A DNA stretch of 64,000 nt from the human T2T-CHM13v2.0 reference genome, Homo sapiens (GCF_009914755.1 NC_060928.1); one strand, 5' to 3'. Positions 12,780 to 26,850 are shown, numbered from the stretch's first letter. Program-made: numbers and translations. Notes: generated by a model from the sequence alone, not told the origin.

Positions 12780-14900
12780 AAATTTAAACTAAAGTTCTTT
12801 TGACTTCAGACCATATTCTTCAAGGAGAAAGGCAAACCAAACTACTCATAAGGCAATATAGAATGTATTAAGTACTATGAGAGATTGAGGAGTGAGTGAT
12901 GAATTCCTACTTGGCAGAATCGGATCAAGCAAAATAGAAGAGGTGGCACTGGAGTCGCATATTAAAATATAAGAGAAAATATCACCAAGTGATAATAAAA
13001 TATCCATCTGCACTATTAAAAATGATTACTAGGTGCATTATTAAAAGCTTTATGTGTTCAACTTTCAGATAAGGATGGGAGGATGTATTTTGGCTGGATG
13101 AGCAGACTTGATTCAGAATTGAGATCCAATAAAGAAAGCTCCAAATAGTCCTGTCGACCCAGTGTTTGGTACATTGATGGAATGATGGTGATAAAACTAG
13201 AAATGCAGTTTATGGAGAACTCTTTGGAGACTAAGAAATTTGGACTTTATCCTAGAGAAAAAAATAGACTATCAGGTTGGATATTTTAGCAAAGGAGTTA
13301 TGTGATCATATTTGAATTTTTAGAAAAATATGTATGTTATATGGGTAAAAGATGGATTGGAGGGGATGATTTCTAATTAAATGTAAACAAAAATAAAAAC
13401 AAAAACAAGAATGTGATGGTTAATACCACATGTCAACTTGATTGGATTGAAAGATGCTGAGATAGCTGGTAAAGTGTTGTTTCTAGGGGTTTCTGTGAGG
13501 ATGTTGCCAGAGGAGGTTAATATTTGAGTCAACGGTTTGGGAGAGGAAGACCTGCTCTCAGTGTGGGTGAGCACCCTCCAATTGGCTGCCAGTGTGGGTA
13601 TAACCAAGCAGATAGAAGAAGGTGGAATAAGCTGGCTTGGTGAGTCTTCTGGCTTTCATCTTTCTCCCGTGCTGGATTCTTCTTTCCATTCCTCCCGCCC
13701 TTGGACAGCGGGCTCCAGCTTCTTTGGTTTTCGACTCTTGGACATACAACAGTGGTTTGCCGGGGATTCTCGGGCCGTTGGCAACAGAATGAAAGCTGCA
13801 CTGTTGGCTTCCCTGCTTTTGAGGCTTTTTGACTCATAATGAGCCACTACTGGCTTCTTTCTTCCTCAGCTTGCAGATGCCTATCGTGGGAGTTCATCTT
13901 GTGATCATGTGAGCCAATTCTCCATATATATATATATCCTATTAGTTCTGTCCCTCTGGAGAACCCTAATACAATGAGATTAATTAAATATTTTAAGTAA
14001 GAAATGGAAGAAGCTTGAACTATTAAACTGGGAGTATGAATGGATCTAGGAGAGGTAGATATAAGAGGCCCTTAGAAATGGCATACTCAGAATTTGGCAA
14101 ATAAATGAATATTAATACTAAGGTCAAGAGGGCAGTCTTAAAGATATTCAAGTCATGTTGCCAGCAAGTATTCAAGAACGTGCGCTATAGTTCAAGAGAG
14201 GAAACAGAGCCAGAAATAATGATAGAGGATGGAGAGATGATAGATTATTAATAGAAAGATGGAAAAAGTTCATAGTACTTTCATCATGTATTTATGATAT
14301 ATGTTGTAAGTGTACATAGTGTATGTAAGATAGAAGAATTATATATTCTTCCCATATGACAATGTGTGAAATTTAAAGCCACATAAGTAAGTGAAGGAAG
14401 CAAGATCTTTCATGGAAGGGACCATGGAGTAGTAAGAGAAAGCCAAAGATAGACCTTTGGGAAATTGGCTTTATAGGAGGGACAGACACAAGAAAAGGAA
14501 ATACTAAAGGAGATAAGGATATTAAAACAGAGAAATCAAGAAGAGGGGAGGAGACATGGCAAGAAAGAATGTCAGGGAATCTTAAGGAGAAGACTCTAAC
14601 AAAGCAGAAGCAGCCATCAGTGAAAACACAATAGTAAGGTAAAGAAAGAAGTCTTTAAGAGACTCGGATCATGTTGTCAGCAAGTGTTTAGAAATTCATG
14701 TTGTAATTCCAGAGAACAGAGTCAGAAACGATAGATGTTCCCCAATCAGGATAATGATCAAGAAAAACAGGTCATTGATGAGGCAATTAGAAAAGTTCTT
14801 CTGTATCATTAGTCTTTTAGAATCAGTGAGTTGAGGATCAATGGTAGGTAAAGTAGCGCAATCAAGACTTTTAATGTTTTGTGAAAAAGTTCACAGTGAA
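12780..14900 (-). mobile_element. Degenerate L2 region interrupted by an MLT2A2 LTR
   Basis: L2 antisense hallmarks (ctaagaaatttggactttatcct...ttttagcaaaggagttatgtgatcatatttgaattt) on both sides of the LTR. Boundaries approximate. Confidence 0.45.
13412..13973 (+). mobile_element. MLT2A2-like HERVL solo LTR
   Basis: Begins tgtgatggttaat...gtcaacttgattggattgaa and ends cctattagttctgtccctctggagaaccctaataca, with TG...CA termini. Confidence 0.88.
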
Positions 14901-15195
14901 GAAGAATACTGATTGGTTAAAGAAATTTTTTTTCCTAAGAGAAGGATAGAATTTTTATGTCTAAGAAGAAGGAAGCAAAAGGAAGAGGGCTATATTTCAA
15001 AATATCTTAGATAGGAGGTGACAGACCAAGGTTTGTGGGAAAATGAAATAAGCCTTGATCAAAAGAATAGCAGGAGAAAGATCAGAAAATAATCTGAACC
15101 CCCCATCACCAAGGCAGAAAAAAGAAAGGAAAAAAACTGGGTGACACTGGGAGTTATTTTGAGCCATTGAAGAGAGAAGTTGAAGGGTTTTTAAA

Positions 15196-15198
<3 letters not shown>

Positions 15199-15235
<37 letters not shown>

Positions 15236-15238
15236 GTG
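15199..15238. repeat. (TG)n microsatellite
   Basis: Direct reading. Confidence 0.9.
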
Positions 15239-15356
15239 GTGTGAGTTTAATCACTTTGCTTCTTTTATAACAAAGAATGAGATGAGATCATTTGCTAAAA
15301 GAGAGCGAGAAAAGCAAGTTGCAGTGAAGGTTTCAAGGAAGCAATAAAGGTTTTAT

Positions 15357-15911
15357 AAGATATGAAATCAACCTAAGTGTTCATCAAGAAATGAATGGAT
15401 AAAGAAAATGTGGTCTATTTAGACAATGGAAGACTACTCAGCCATAACAAATAATTAAATACTGTCATTTGCAGCTACATGGATGAGCCTGGAGGACATT
15501 ATGTTAAGTGATATAAGCCAGGTTCAGAGAGACAAACACTGCACTATCTCATGCATATGTGGAAGCTAAAGAAGTTGATCTCATAGAAGTAAAGAGTAGA
15601 ATAGTAACAAGAGGCTGGGAAGTAGAGAGGGGAGGAGAGGTGAGGGAAAGGTTGATAAACAGGTACAAAGATATAGTTAGAAAGGAGAAATAAGTTTTAG
15701 TGTTACCTTGCACAGTAGGGTGTCTGTAATTAACAATAATATATTGTCTCTTTCAAAATAGCTAAAAGAAAGGATTTTTATTGTTCTCTCCACAAAGAAA
15801 TAATGAATAAATGTTCGAGATGATGAATATGCTAATTGCCCTAATTTGATCATTACACACTGTATATATGGATCAAAAGATAACACCATACTTTATAAAT
15901 ATGTACGATTA
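15357..15911 (+). mobile_element. L1MA (L1MA5-7-like) 3' fragment
   Basis: aatcaacctaagtgttcatca...atggataaagaaaatgtgg...ctggaggacattatgttaagtga...gatctcatagaagta...gatcattacacactgtata. Confidence 0.85.
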
Positions 15912-16145
15912 GTTGACTAGAGCTAAATAAGAGGATTGCCGAGCGATGTCAAGGCCCAATTTCAAATGCTGGTACTCCAAATGGCACAAGTGAAATTCTG
16001 GAAGAAGAAAAGGGTTCAATTGTCTCAAGGCTGGGAATTGGCTCAGGTGGAATAGCAAAAGGATAAAAGAACTAAAATAATTGAGCCAGGAATGTAATCT
16101 CATATACAAGTCAAAGAAGCTAGAAAGAGAGAGGGTGAACAACAG

Positions 16146-16594
16146 TGATGATGATGATGATGATGATGATGTATTAAGAAGGAGGAGGAGGAGGAGAAGG
16201 AGGAGAAGGAGGAGGAGGAGGAGGAGGAGGGGGAGGGGGATGGGGATGGGGAGGGGGAGGAGGGAGGATGGGGAGGAGGGGGAGGAGGGGGAGGAGGGGG
16301 GAGGGGGAGGAGGGGGGAGGGGGAGGAGGGGGGAGGGGGAGGAGGGGGGCAGGGGGAGGAGGGGGCAGGGGGGAGGAGGGGGAGGGGGGAGGGGGGAGGG
16401 GGGGCAGGGGGAGGAAGGGGCAGGGGGGAGGGGGGGCAGGGGGAGGAGGGGGCAGGGGGGAGGAGGGGGGAGGGGGAAGGGGAGGGGGCAGGGGGAGGAG
16501 GGGGCAGGGGGGAGGAGGGGGGGGAGGGGGAGGCAGAAGAGAGGGAGGACGGAGAGGGGGAGGGGGAGGGGGGAGGGGGAGGAGAGGGAGGAGG
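16146..16594. repeat. (GAT)n followed by (GGA)n and a ~420-bp G-rich polypurine low-complexity tract
   Basis: Direct reading. From 16177 to 16594 the sequence is almost purely G/A, with recurring gggggcagggggaggag units. Confidence 0.95.
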
Positions 16595-16675
16595 CAAACA
16601 CTGTTGCTCTTACTGTGTGCTAGGCACCGATCTACAGTTTTGACATATATAAACCCTTTTAATCCATGGGGGGTC
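16593..16675 (-). mobile_element. MIR 3'-end fragment
   Basis: gcaaacactgttgctcttactgtgtgctaggcac...gacatatataaacccttttaatcc matches the reverse complement of the MIR 3' end. Confidence 0.65.
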
Positions 16676-17422
16676 ATACCATGCATGCAAAAAATAGGTT
16701 TATTTCCTAACTAGGTGCACATTCCACACTCATACTTCTACTTACACTGTGCTTTATTTGTAAATGCATTTGCATATAATACATCATTTCTAGTACACAT
16801 TAGCAAATTTGTTTTCAATTTTCTAATTCACATTCTAGATGGCTCTGGTTCAGCACTAGAAATTTAGCTCATTTTCCAAACATCACATTAATGCATGATT
16901 TAGGAAGTAAACAAGAATTGAAAATAAAATCCTCTTGGAAATTCTGTTGTTTTAAAATCTGAAGAGTTCAGTAATCCTTTAAATCTGTAATCACTAAAGA
17001 AAGCTATTGTCACTAAATCACATGTAGTTCTACAAAAACCACATAACACAAAGTTCTCCAAAGAATAATTATTGTTAAATGTTGACTATGAAACAACAAT
17101 AGTATGCTACAAGACCACTTCATGCTATTTTATTTGACATTATTGAAGTCTTTATTCTCTTGCTTAGAATTGAGGTTATAGTAAATCCAGTCATGGTCAT
17201 AAAATTACCAGAGGTGAAAAAGCAGTTCTCTAGTGTTTAATAAAACATGAATATTTGGCAATATGCATAAACAAGGAGACATATGAATTAAAGCTGGACT
17301 GCTAACCTATGAATTAATTTTAGCATGTGATTTATTGCAACCACAAAAATACATATTTGGTGTCTAATGTTTGATTATATTATTAGTAGTAAATATAATT
17401 ATATGATTAGTAGTAAATATAG

Positions 17423-17743
<321 letters not shown>

Positions 17744-20134
17744 AAAAAGGCACATTTCTTTTAAAATTTTTACATCTCATCGTAATCATCACAAAGAAAC
17801 TTTACTTAAAATAGTACCTTGATGAAAATTCTGTTCAGTAATCATTTACTATAAGGATCTATAATATTTATGTTAATAGTGGCCTTTTCTTCCTCCCTTA
17901 AATGTCATATTTTTGTAAATTCTAGAAAATAATGCTTTTCATTATTTTAACTTTTTTTTCTTATTGATAGCCTTTCTGATTCCATATTTCCATTGTGAGG
18001 CTATTTTGTAAACTTAATTCTATCTGTAGAGTATTTGTTTTCTTCTACTTTTATCTTCCAAAAGTATTTAAAACCTTTGTCCTTTAATTTTCAATAACTA
18101 AGCTTTTTTAGATGAGATTAAATTCCAACTTTTTAAATAACAATCTGATTTTTAATGAATGATATAGAGAGTTTTTAATGTATTACCTTGTATAACTATT
18201 AATAGCACCTTAATTTTCATGGAATTGATCTCCCTTTTTTAAACTGAGAGCCTAGAATGAGCACAAAAAGGTTAACTAACTTGTTCAGCGTTGCAGAGCA
18301 ACTAGGAAAAGATTGTGGACTGGATCCAAGATCTCCAGACACTCAAAATTTTACCTCAGACTTCCCATGAATCAAGCATACAAAGAAGGCTATACCCTGA
18401 ACATCCCATCTCCATGCTCCAAACCTTTGGTCTCCTTAAGATTAATTTTTAAATCTATCTAGGAAGGCATTTGTAAATTGTCAGGAGCTGAATAGTGTCT
18501 GTCCAAAAAGCCTTTGTGTGTAAACATCTCTGAAAGAGTCAAATGATAGATAGCACAGTGGGCATTTTTTATCTTCCCAGCTTCAGCCATTTGCTAGCTT
18601 ATAAATTTTTAGAGGGGAGCTACAATGCTGTTGAATTGATGATAGCAACAGACAAGAATTTAGAGACACCAAGATTCCTTCAGACAGACATTCCCCAAAG
18701 GAACTGAGAGCACTTAAGAGTTTAAGTGACACCTCTTCTCTAAAATCCCTAGAACAAAAACCTAAAAAAGCCATGGGATCTCAGGGCATCAGGTGTGAAC
18801 TGACACACAATTCATCCCTTGAATTATATCATACAATTCTACAAGCTTTTACATTCACAAATCATACAGAATATGACTCCATCTATTTTTCTCTGGAAAG
18901 CAATTAGGCAAAATCTTTTATCTTCTTTTTATTTTCTTTGATCAAAAAACAGCTAGCTACCGAGGGGAATTTCCCATTAGATATTCTGCATAAGAAATGT
19001 CTTCATGTTTATGTCAATTAAAAGATATATTTCTTTTGGCAGTAATTTTGGCATATATATTTAATTGAATTGTTAATTATGTGCTATCAGAGGAAAAATT
19101 AAATAAAATTAAAGGTATTCTTGTATGCTCTTAAAAACACCAAAGTATTTTTCTAACCTATCACTACATTGACTTAAAGAATGAAGATGAGACTGTGTAC
19201 TCTGTTGAAAAATATTAATGACCAACGACCAGGTAGCCTGAGTTCAAATTTCTTATCTGTCTTAAGCCACATTAAAGATTTTGAACAACTTACTTTTATT
19301 CTCTGAGCCACAGCTTCTTTATCCTAAACATAGACAGGAAATTGGTAGGTGATTTTTAGTCCTATATTGCTTGTATAGACATAACTTATTCCTAAATACT
19401 AATATTCAGCCAGCTATAGAAGGGGGAATAGTTTCAGCACTCAACTGACGTGGTAGATGGCTGGGCTTTCAGTTTAATAATCTCTGACTAAATGGGAATT
19501 TTATGCAAAACTAATGAAGTCGTTCTCATTATTCCAAAGATTCACGGGATATCTGGAATCTTCTAAAAACAACTCTTACCAAATGCATTTCGATGAGTTC
19601 TATCTACATTTATCAGAAACATATGAAACGAATTTTTCTAAGATTTAAAAATTAAATGAAAGGAACATAACAATGATTTTTGAATTTTGCAAAAGCTAAA
19701 CAATTAAATCATGTAAGACACTGTGGATTTAAGAAGTTACTGAGTTTTCCCACTCTAATGCTGAGTATATATTAGTTAAAATGGCTCCTTTACTGCCCAT
19801 GTTATTTCTTTTCCTAAAACTATAAGGGGATTGGGCATATGGTTAGGTTTTTCTAGCTTTTTAAAGTTGTTTGATGTTTAAGGAAAATCTGACTCAAACT
19901 CATGAGCTCCGCATGCCTAGAGAAGGCAGTTACCAACACTTCTTTAAGCCAGATGGCCTCCTTAGCATTTGTCAGTTTCCTTGAAAATGTATACCTTTAA
20001 CTAAAGCAGGGCAAGGTTAAAGGGTATGGATGAATAATACCAATCACCATCAAAAGATAAGACTCCAAGAGCATCGCCTCCCAAAAGTGAACCAGGATAT
20101 GAAAGACAGTAGGACACATTGATAGTGTCTAATT

Positions 20135-20343
20135 CTGCAGCATCCAATATGGTAGCTGCCACCCACATATGGTTGCTTAAATTTAAGTTCAAATTAATTT
20201 AAATAAAATTAAATTAAAGATTCTGTTGATCAGTTGCAATAGCCATATTTCAAGTGCTGAAAAGCCACGTGTGGCAAGTGGCTGCTGCACTGGATAGTGC
20301 ATATACAAAGCATTTCCATTGTTGCAGAAATTGGCCTGAGCTG
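20135..20343. mobile_element. MER3 hAT-Charlie MITE
   Basis: catccaatatggtagctgccacccacatatgg...agccatatttcaagtgct...agccacgtgtggcaagtggct...catttccattgttgcagaaa. Confidence 0.75.
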
Positions 20344-21165
20344 AGCCAGTATACATGCCTGGCATGTAATAGGCACCAGTGAAAATTAAAGAAAATAATG
20401 AAGACATTTTGAGTATCCAAGATGAAATGAGTAAAGTTTGTTTTTAGAGAAAACAATTTTTGTTTCACTTTTTACATATTCAAAGGCTTTGTCTCAGTCA
20501 ATCTTAAACTTTTGGGGATATCTTAATATAGGTACCACACCAGAAAGAATATTAGGCTGGTCAGTTGAATTATTAAAGTGGTTTCTAACAATAACTGTAA
20601 AACATAAATTCAGCTCTATTTTTATCTCAATTGTCATTAATACTACCTTGTAGTTTGTATAAATTGAATTATATGAAACTATTTTAGCATACACAACTTT
20701 GCACATTCATTTCAGCTCAGAAAACTCTGAGAACTAAAGGTTATCATCCCTATTCTATAGATAGGAAAGTATGTTTATGCCACTGGATGAGTTATTAAAG
20801 TAACACTGCTATATTTAAATTTAGAGAAATTATGTGATAATGTATGGTAGCACAACTAATAACAAGGCCTCTCAGGCTTAAGCCCCGTTCCTGTGGCACA
20901 GAGTCTGGAACTCTTGACCCTGAATCATGTACCAGGAACACAATACCACAGCCCTTCAGCTGGCAAACTCAACTAAGACTCACATCAAATCCTTTGCATA
21001 ATAAATAAAGCTGAATCTTTTGCGCTATTTTGAAGTATTTTGAGAATGGTAGAAATAATGAGAAACAGCACATCATTTTAAAATATTTTTGACATTCTTT
21101 GTTTAGTAGAGATGGTCAGATGTGATATAGAGAGATATTCATGGGATTTTACATTCCACAAGTGA

Positions 21166-21440
21166 AGCAGCATAACATTGTGCTCACTAGCACAAACTCT
21201 GACAGCTGCTTGGCTTCAAAGTATAAACTACACAATGTTGAGCAAATTACTTAATCTCTCAGATCTCAGTTTCCACAACTGTAAAATTTGAATAATAATA
21301 TTGCTTCTCTCTAGATTTAAATACATTAATAAATGTAAAGTACTAATAATCATGCTTGGTAAATACTAAGGGCCCCAGAAATATTAGCTGGTTTTTGTTG
21401 TTGTTGTTGTTGTTGCTGCAGTTGTGATGATGTTGATGAG
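21166..21440 (+). mobile_element. MIR with (GTT)n/(GAT)n tail
   Basis: Core agcaaattacttaatctctcagatctcagtttccacaactgtaaaat. The 3' end aaatattagct is followed by a triplet microsatellite. Confidence 0.7.
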
Positions 21441-21472
21441 GCTTGACATGATAATGACTTCAAATCACTGAC

Positions 21473-22023
21473 TATGAGAGTTTCCAAAGATGGTCCCCAG
21501 TTAGCAATGAACCTCCCAGTATTTATGCCTTTGTGTAATCTGCTTCTATATTGGACTGACTGGCTTCAACCAGTGAAATGTAGTGACACCATTCCAGTTT
21601 TAAGCCTAAGCCTTTTTAGGCCTGACAGCTTCTCCTGAGCTTTTGAGAGCCCTTGTGTTTTCATATAAGAAGTCCAGCTGACATGATACAGAGATATCAT
21701 GTAGAGAGAAGATGTAGGAAGACCACAAAGAGAGGGTGAGACCTTGGAGACTAGATAGAAATGAAGAGGCCTGCCCATCCTACCACCCAAGTTCAGCCCA
21801 ACCTTGCAGCCATCCTGCCAAGACACTGGAAGCCATCTTGGATGTTATAGTATTGGCCACCATTTGATGACAGCTACATGAGTGACACCAAGTTAGAACA
21901 GCAAAAGTACCATCCAGCTGAGCTCCAGTCAATCAACAGAAACCTAGGGAATAATTATATGTTGCTATTTTAAGTCACTTAATGGTGGGATGGCTCATTA
22001 TGCAGCAATAGAGAACCAAAACA
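21473..22023 (+). mobile_element. MLT1G/H-like MaLR solo LTR
   Basis: aaagatggtcccc...atgcctttgtgtaat...ccagctgagctccagtcaa...ttttaagtcact...tgcagcaatagagaaccaaaaca. Confidence 0.75.
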
Positions 22024-22171
22024 CCTAGTATTAGTTGCAAAACTATATGTTAATCTTCAAAACCATTGATGAAACTTAAGGCCATTTGCCCATTGCCTCC
22101 ACCTTTGATAATAAGTTTTTGTTTATCTGTCACATCTGCCTCATGCTTAATTTTTCCTAACACAAACTATT

Positions 22172-22224
22172 TTGTTTAAGCAAATCTGCTTAACCTATTG
22201 TTTAAGCAAATCTGCTTAACCTAT
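22172..22224. repeat. Perfect 26-bp tandem duplication with an internal hairpin
   Basis: ttgtttaagcaaatctgcttaaccta x2 (22172-22197 and 22198-22223). Confidence 0.95.
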
Positions 22225-24806
22225 CCTTTACATAAGCTTCCTTCCATTTTTATATCTCTTATCCATAGCATTTTCACTACCAGTGATAATATCATCTTTA
22301 TTAGAGGTCAATCTATTTTTATTTTCTTCTTCTAGAATGCCTTCCTTAATTTTACTTGTATTCTTCCTTGGCTCACATGTACATATTTTGTACCACATAA
22401 ATGCATTGATTTTATATGGTTTAAGATTGTGTCATTTGTGCCTCAATCAAACTTTCTCTTTGAAGAGTAGAAGTAATTTGTTTCCTATCCCCATGCAGTG
22501 TTTGGTATAAGGCACTGCTCCATATATAAACTGTCTCTCAGGGACAGACTAATATTACCAAACTCTAGAAATAACTAAAATTATCAATATGAGTTCATTA
22601 ATTTATAATAAAAACAGCTATTTGCAAGGTCACTGAACAATAGACAATAGTTTCCTTACATTATGGAAATTTTAACCTCTAGGCCACAGACAAATTATAG
22701 TCAAAAGTTTGCCTGATGAGGGTGAAATGTTACTTATCTGATGTGAGTGCCTGATGACATTAATCGAAGAGAGTCTTATAAGCCCACATGCACAATAAGG
22801 TTATATCCACTGCCTAGCCCAGCAAGTCCTAGATTGTGTTGAATAAATTCTCCTCAAATGAATTTTATTGGGGCACTTCTACCTAATCAGTTAAATATCT
22901 TTTAAATCATCACATATAAATAATGTCTTGGATACTTTACTAGGTTAGTAAAATGCAAAGCATATTTGTACCCTGTTAGGTGGTGAAAAAGCTCACACTG
23001 ACAGAGGTGGGATAATATTAGATTGAACCAGATAAAATTCTCTTTTTACTTTCTAGATAGTTTTGCAAATTTTGACAAAATAAGCATTAGTTTCAAACAT
23101 GTATTAATATTTAAAACATTTATAAATATTTACTAAAATATTTGCTAAGCATTTACCATGTGTCAAGCATTAGGGATAAAGCAACAACCTAAATAAACAA
23201 AAATCCTTACCCCAGTGGAGGTTACATTTTAGGAAAAGTTTCTGGCTTACTAAAATAAATTTAAATAAATTTTGACTCCTTAAAATAAATTACTTAAAAC
23301 AAATATATGCTTATATGTATATAGATATTGCTTCTTTGTATTGGAAAACATACATTTTACCTCAAATTTTGAACGTGCAATACTATCAAAAATAAGCAAA
23401 TACCCCCACTGACGCTGAGATTAAGAACTGCAGTTTGCCAGACATGTAAAATGTTAACCATACCTCCTAGTGCATGAGTTGTAAAGCATTAAGTCATTGT
23501 ATTCACATCAAGAATCATCAGAGCTCTTTAAAAAGTGATTTAAAATTCTTAAGCAAATCCGAAGCAAATGTCCAGTGCAGTCTATGTTCTCTGACATGTT
23601 TTAAATTAATGCTTATTTTGTTAAAATTTGCCAAAATATTTAGAAAGTGAAAAAAAGAATATTATTTGGTACCATCTAACATTATCTCACCTCTGTCAGT
23701 ATGAGCTTTTTCACCACCTAACAGAATATAAATATGCCTTGCATTTTACTAACCTAATAAAGTATCCAAGAGATCATTTACATGTGAGGAATAAAAAAAA
23801 ATTTAATTGGCTAGGTAGAAGTGCTTCCTTTCCCACCCTCTACCTTCTCTCTAGAAGTATAAGTATTTAGCCTTCAGTAATACAGTGGGGATGACCTGAA
23901 CATGTCCATAAACACATTTCCCTCTGCTTATCTAGGGCTCTCTTCCATTCATTGGGATCAGTGTTTAGATTATTTCCAGAGAGGGGACAGCACCTCATCA
24001 ATGCCTGTGAAATGTCAAGGGGTCATCTGAGAATGAATTCACCATTGGAGCCTGGAAGGAATGCATTTACTTTTAACAGGCTACAGTTTTAGCCTGTGAA
24101 AAATTAGTACATCAAGGGATAGCCATTTAAGGAGGGTTAAAGTTACTCCACCATTAAGCCTATTGGAGTGAAATGACCAACACTTCCTGGAAGCTCCAGA
24201 GTGGGAAAGGAAATGGTGGCAACAAGGCTAATTGTAAAAATACAACCTGCGGTAGTAGTGATTCTAATAATAAAAACAATGCTGACAGTACTCAAAGGGT
24301 TACAAATCTGAGTTACTATATGTAATTCCCAAAAAGATTCCTCGCTATAACATTATACCACTTGTCCCTAATAAGCACCTTTATAATACAGATATTTCTT
24401 TAGCATATTTTTATTAATATCAAGCATTTTCTATGTTATAAAAATACAAGATACACTGTAGTTGTTTTATTTTTGACCAGTAAGACTCTTCCTACTTTCC
24501 AACGTAAACATGTGACACAAATTTATTTGCTGAAGACTTCCTCTATAACTCTTATGGAAAAATCAGAACACTTAAGATCAAATTCACTGACCTGGTCAAA
24601 GAGAAGATTACATGTGGCTCCATAATACAGTAGAAAGATCATAAAGTCAAGCAGTTATTAGCTGTTTCTCATTGAATAGATATTTAACTTCTGCTTCCTC
24701 ATCTATTAAGAAAAGTCTAATAATATCACTTCAAAACGTTATCGGATGGAATGAGTGTGAAATACCTCATACATTGCCAAATCACTGAAGGTTAATTATA
24801 TGTCTA

Positions 24807-25217
<411 letters not shown>

Positions 25218-26149
25218 CTAACACATCCAAAATATTTATTAACATTAATCACCATCATGTAACCCAAACAGGCTCCCTCATAGGACTAAAGACTTCACCA
25301 TTCCCATAGGAAGCCTTTTTCGTTAAGTGTACCAGCTTCAAGCAGCTAGAAACAAATTTGATTTAGCAATTCAAAGGTAAGGATACAAGGATTTTCATAA
25401 GGTAATATGTAATAAGGTAATATGTAAATATGAATTTTAAACTAGGAGCTTCATTGGCCTTCAGGGCTGGCCCTTGCAGAGAATGGAGCAAGAATGTCTG
25501 TACATAGATCACAGCCACACAGTTTGAGATTGAGTCTTGTGTGGAAGTTCCTGACAATCAGATTTTCGCAGCCAAAACATTGTTGACAAGGAGCCTGGAA
25601 ACTGTAGACAAGACTAAAACCTCTTCTGGTTGGCTTTAATAGTAGCCTTTGCAAAATCGTAACTGTAGATTAGATGATTTTCAAAAGGCAGAAAGTTGAA
25701 TTAATTTTATGCTCCTTTTTTCAAATATCCTTCCAATATATCGTCTAAATTTCTACTGTTACAGTCCTTTCCTAATCACTTCAGTAGAAAGAGAGCAACT
25801 CAGAAGCTAGTGAATTTTTTTCTAAGAAAGTCAGACCTATGCTAAATCTAATAAGAGGATTAGCACAGACTTCTGGCCTGCTATGCTTTTATTTATGTGT
25901 GGCTCATAAAGACATGCTGCTGATTCCCATTTAGCTTGTTATCCACTCTAATCCCATTATTTTTCTGCTACTGTTGCCTCACTCTGGAAGGTTCAGTCTT
26001 GTGTCCTCAGGATAGTTTTCTCTTCACAGGTGAATTGTTCTTTATTGTCTCTATCAAATCATCACTCATCAAAGGCATCTTGAAATGCAATGCCCCTCTC
26101 CAGAATCTCACTTTTGAGGTACAGTCAAAATACCTACAAAGGCCTGAAT

Positions 26150-26850
26150 GATTGGCAAATAAAATTATCATCAACATATACTAAGTATTATAAAATGGTT
26201 ATGAGAGTGTACAGATTGCAATGGATAACAGAAAGACACCTAATGCTTGTCCTCAAAGTGGTAAACTGCCTGGCGAGGCCTGAAGTCCAGAAACACAAGC
26301 AGTGTATGGAGCCAAGGACAAGTCAGCAGTCTGAAGAGGAGAGGCTGAGGTCAAAGTGTTTTAAAGAACAGCCTTGAAGGAAGGTTAAGATGCTCTTCAA
26401 AGTAAAGGGGAATTCCAATGACAAGGGCAAGAGAGACAGTTGTAGAAAAGGCATAGAGGATTCCTAGAGCCTATTTAGGTCATCCTGAGAGGACCAGGGT
26501 GCCTGAAATCAAGACTTCACTCAGAGACTGAGAGAGAAAGAACCTAGGTAGATGTGCTGGTACGAAACTATGGAGAGCACTTCATACTAGGACAGGGCAT
26601 CAGAATATTCAAGAGGGTAGTATGGCATGCCGTTTAAAGTATAATCTGAAAAGCTGGGTTCAAGTCTAGGTGATGTTGCCAATCAACTGTGAGTTTGGGG
26701 GAAAGTTTCTTGCACTTATTTCTTCAGGTATAAAGTGGGAATTACAATAGTACCCATTCTCAAGGCACATGTGGGTACACAAGACAATACATGATTAATA
26801 ATACTGGCCTGAGCCAGGCACTGTGATACAAGGGAGCACTAAAGATTTAG
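26150..26850. mobile_element. Adjacent L2 (minus) and MIR (plus) fragments
   Basis: L2-like up to about 26620, then MIR-like ctgggttcaagtctagg...ctgtgagtttggggaaag...tataaagtgggaattacaatagtacc. Confidence 0.45.

Noticed and set aside
15909-16714. Five long overlapping ORFs (poly-Pro, poly-Arg/Gly, RGG-like; 148-230 aa)
   Set aside because: They are artefacts of a stop-free G-rich tract: open in nearly all frames on both strands, with no domain or splice support.
23016-23110. MADE2-like mariner MITE (tattagattgaacca…)
   Set aside because: Only the left end resembles the consensus, and the right inverted repeat is too degraded to support the call.
25397-25426. 15-bp tandem duplication ataaggtaatatgta x2 (similar small duplications near 17382 and 40685)
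   Set aside because: These are ordinary slippage duplications in AT-rich DNA with no further structure.
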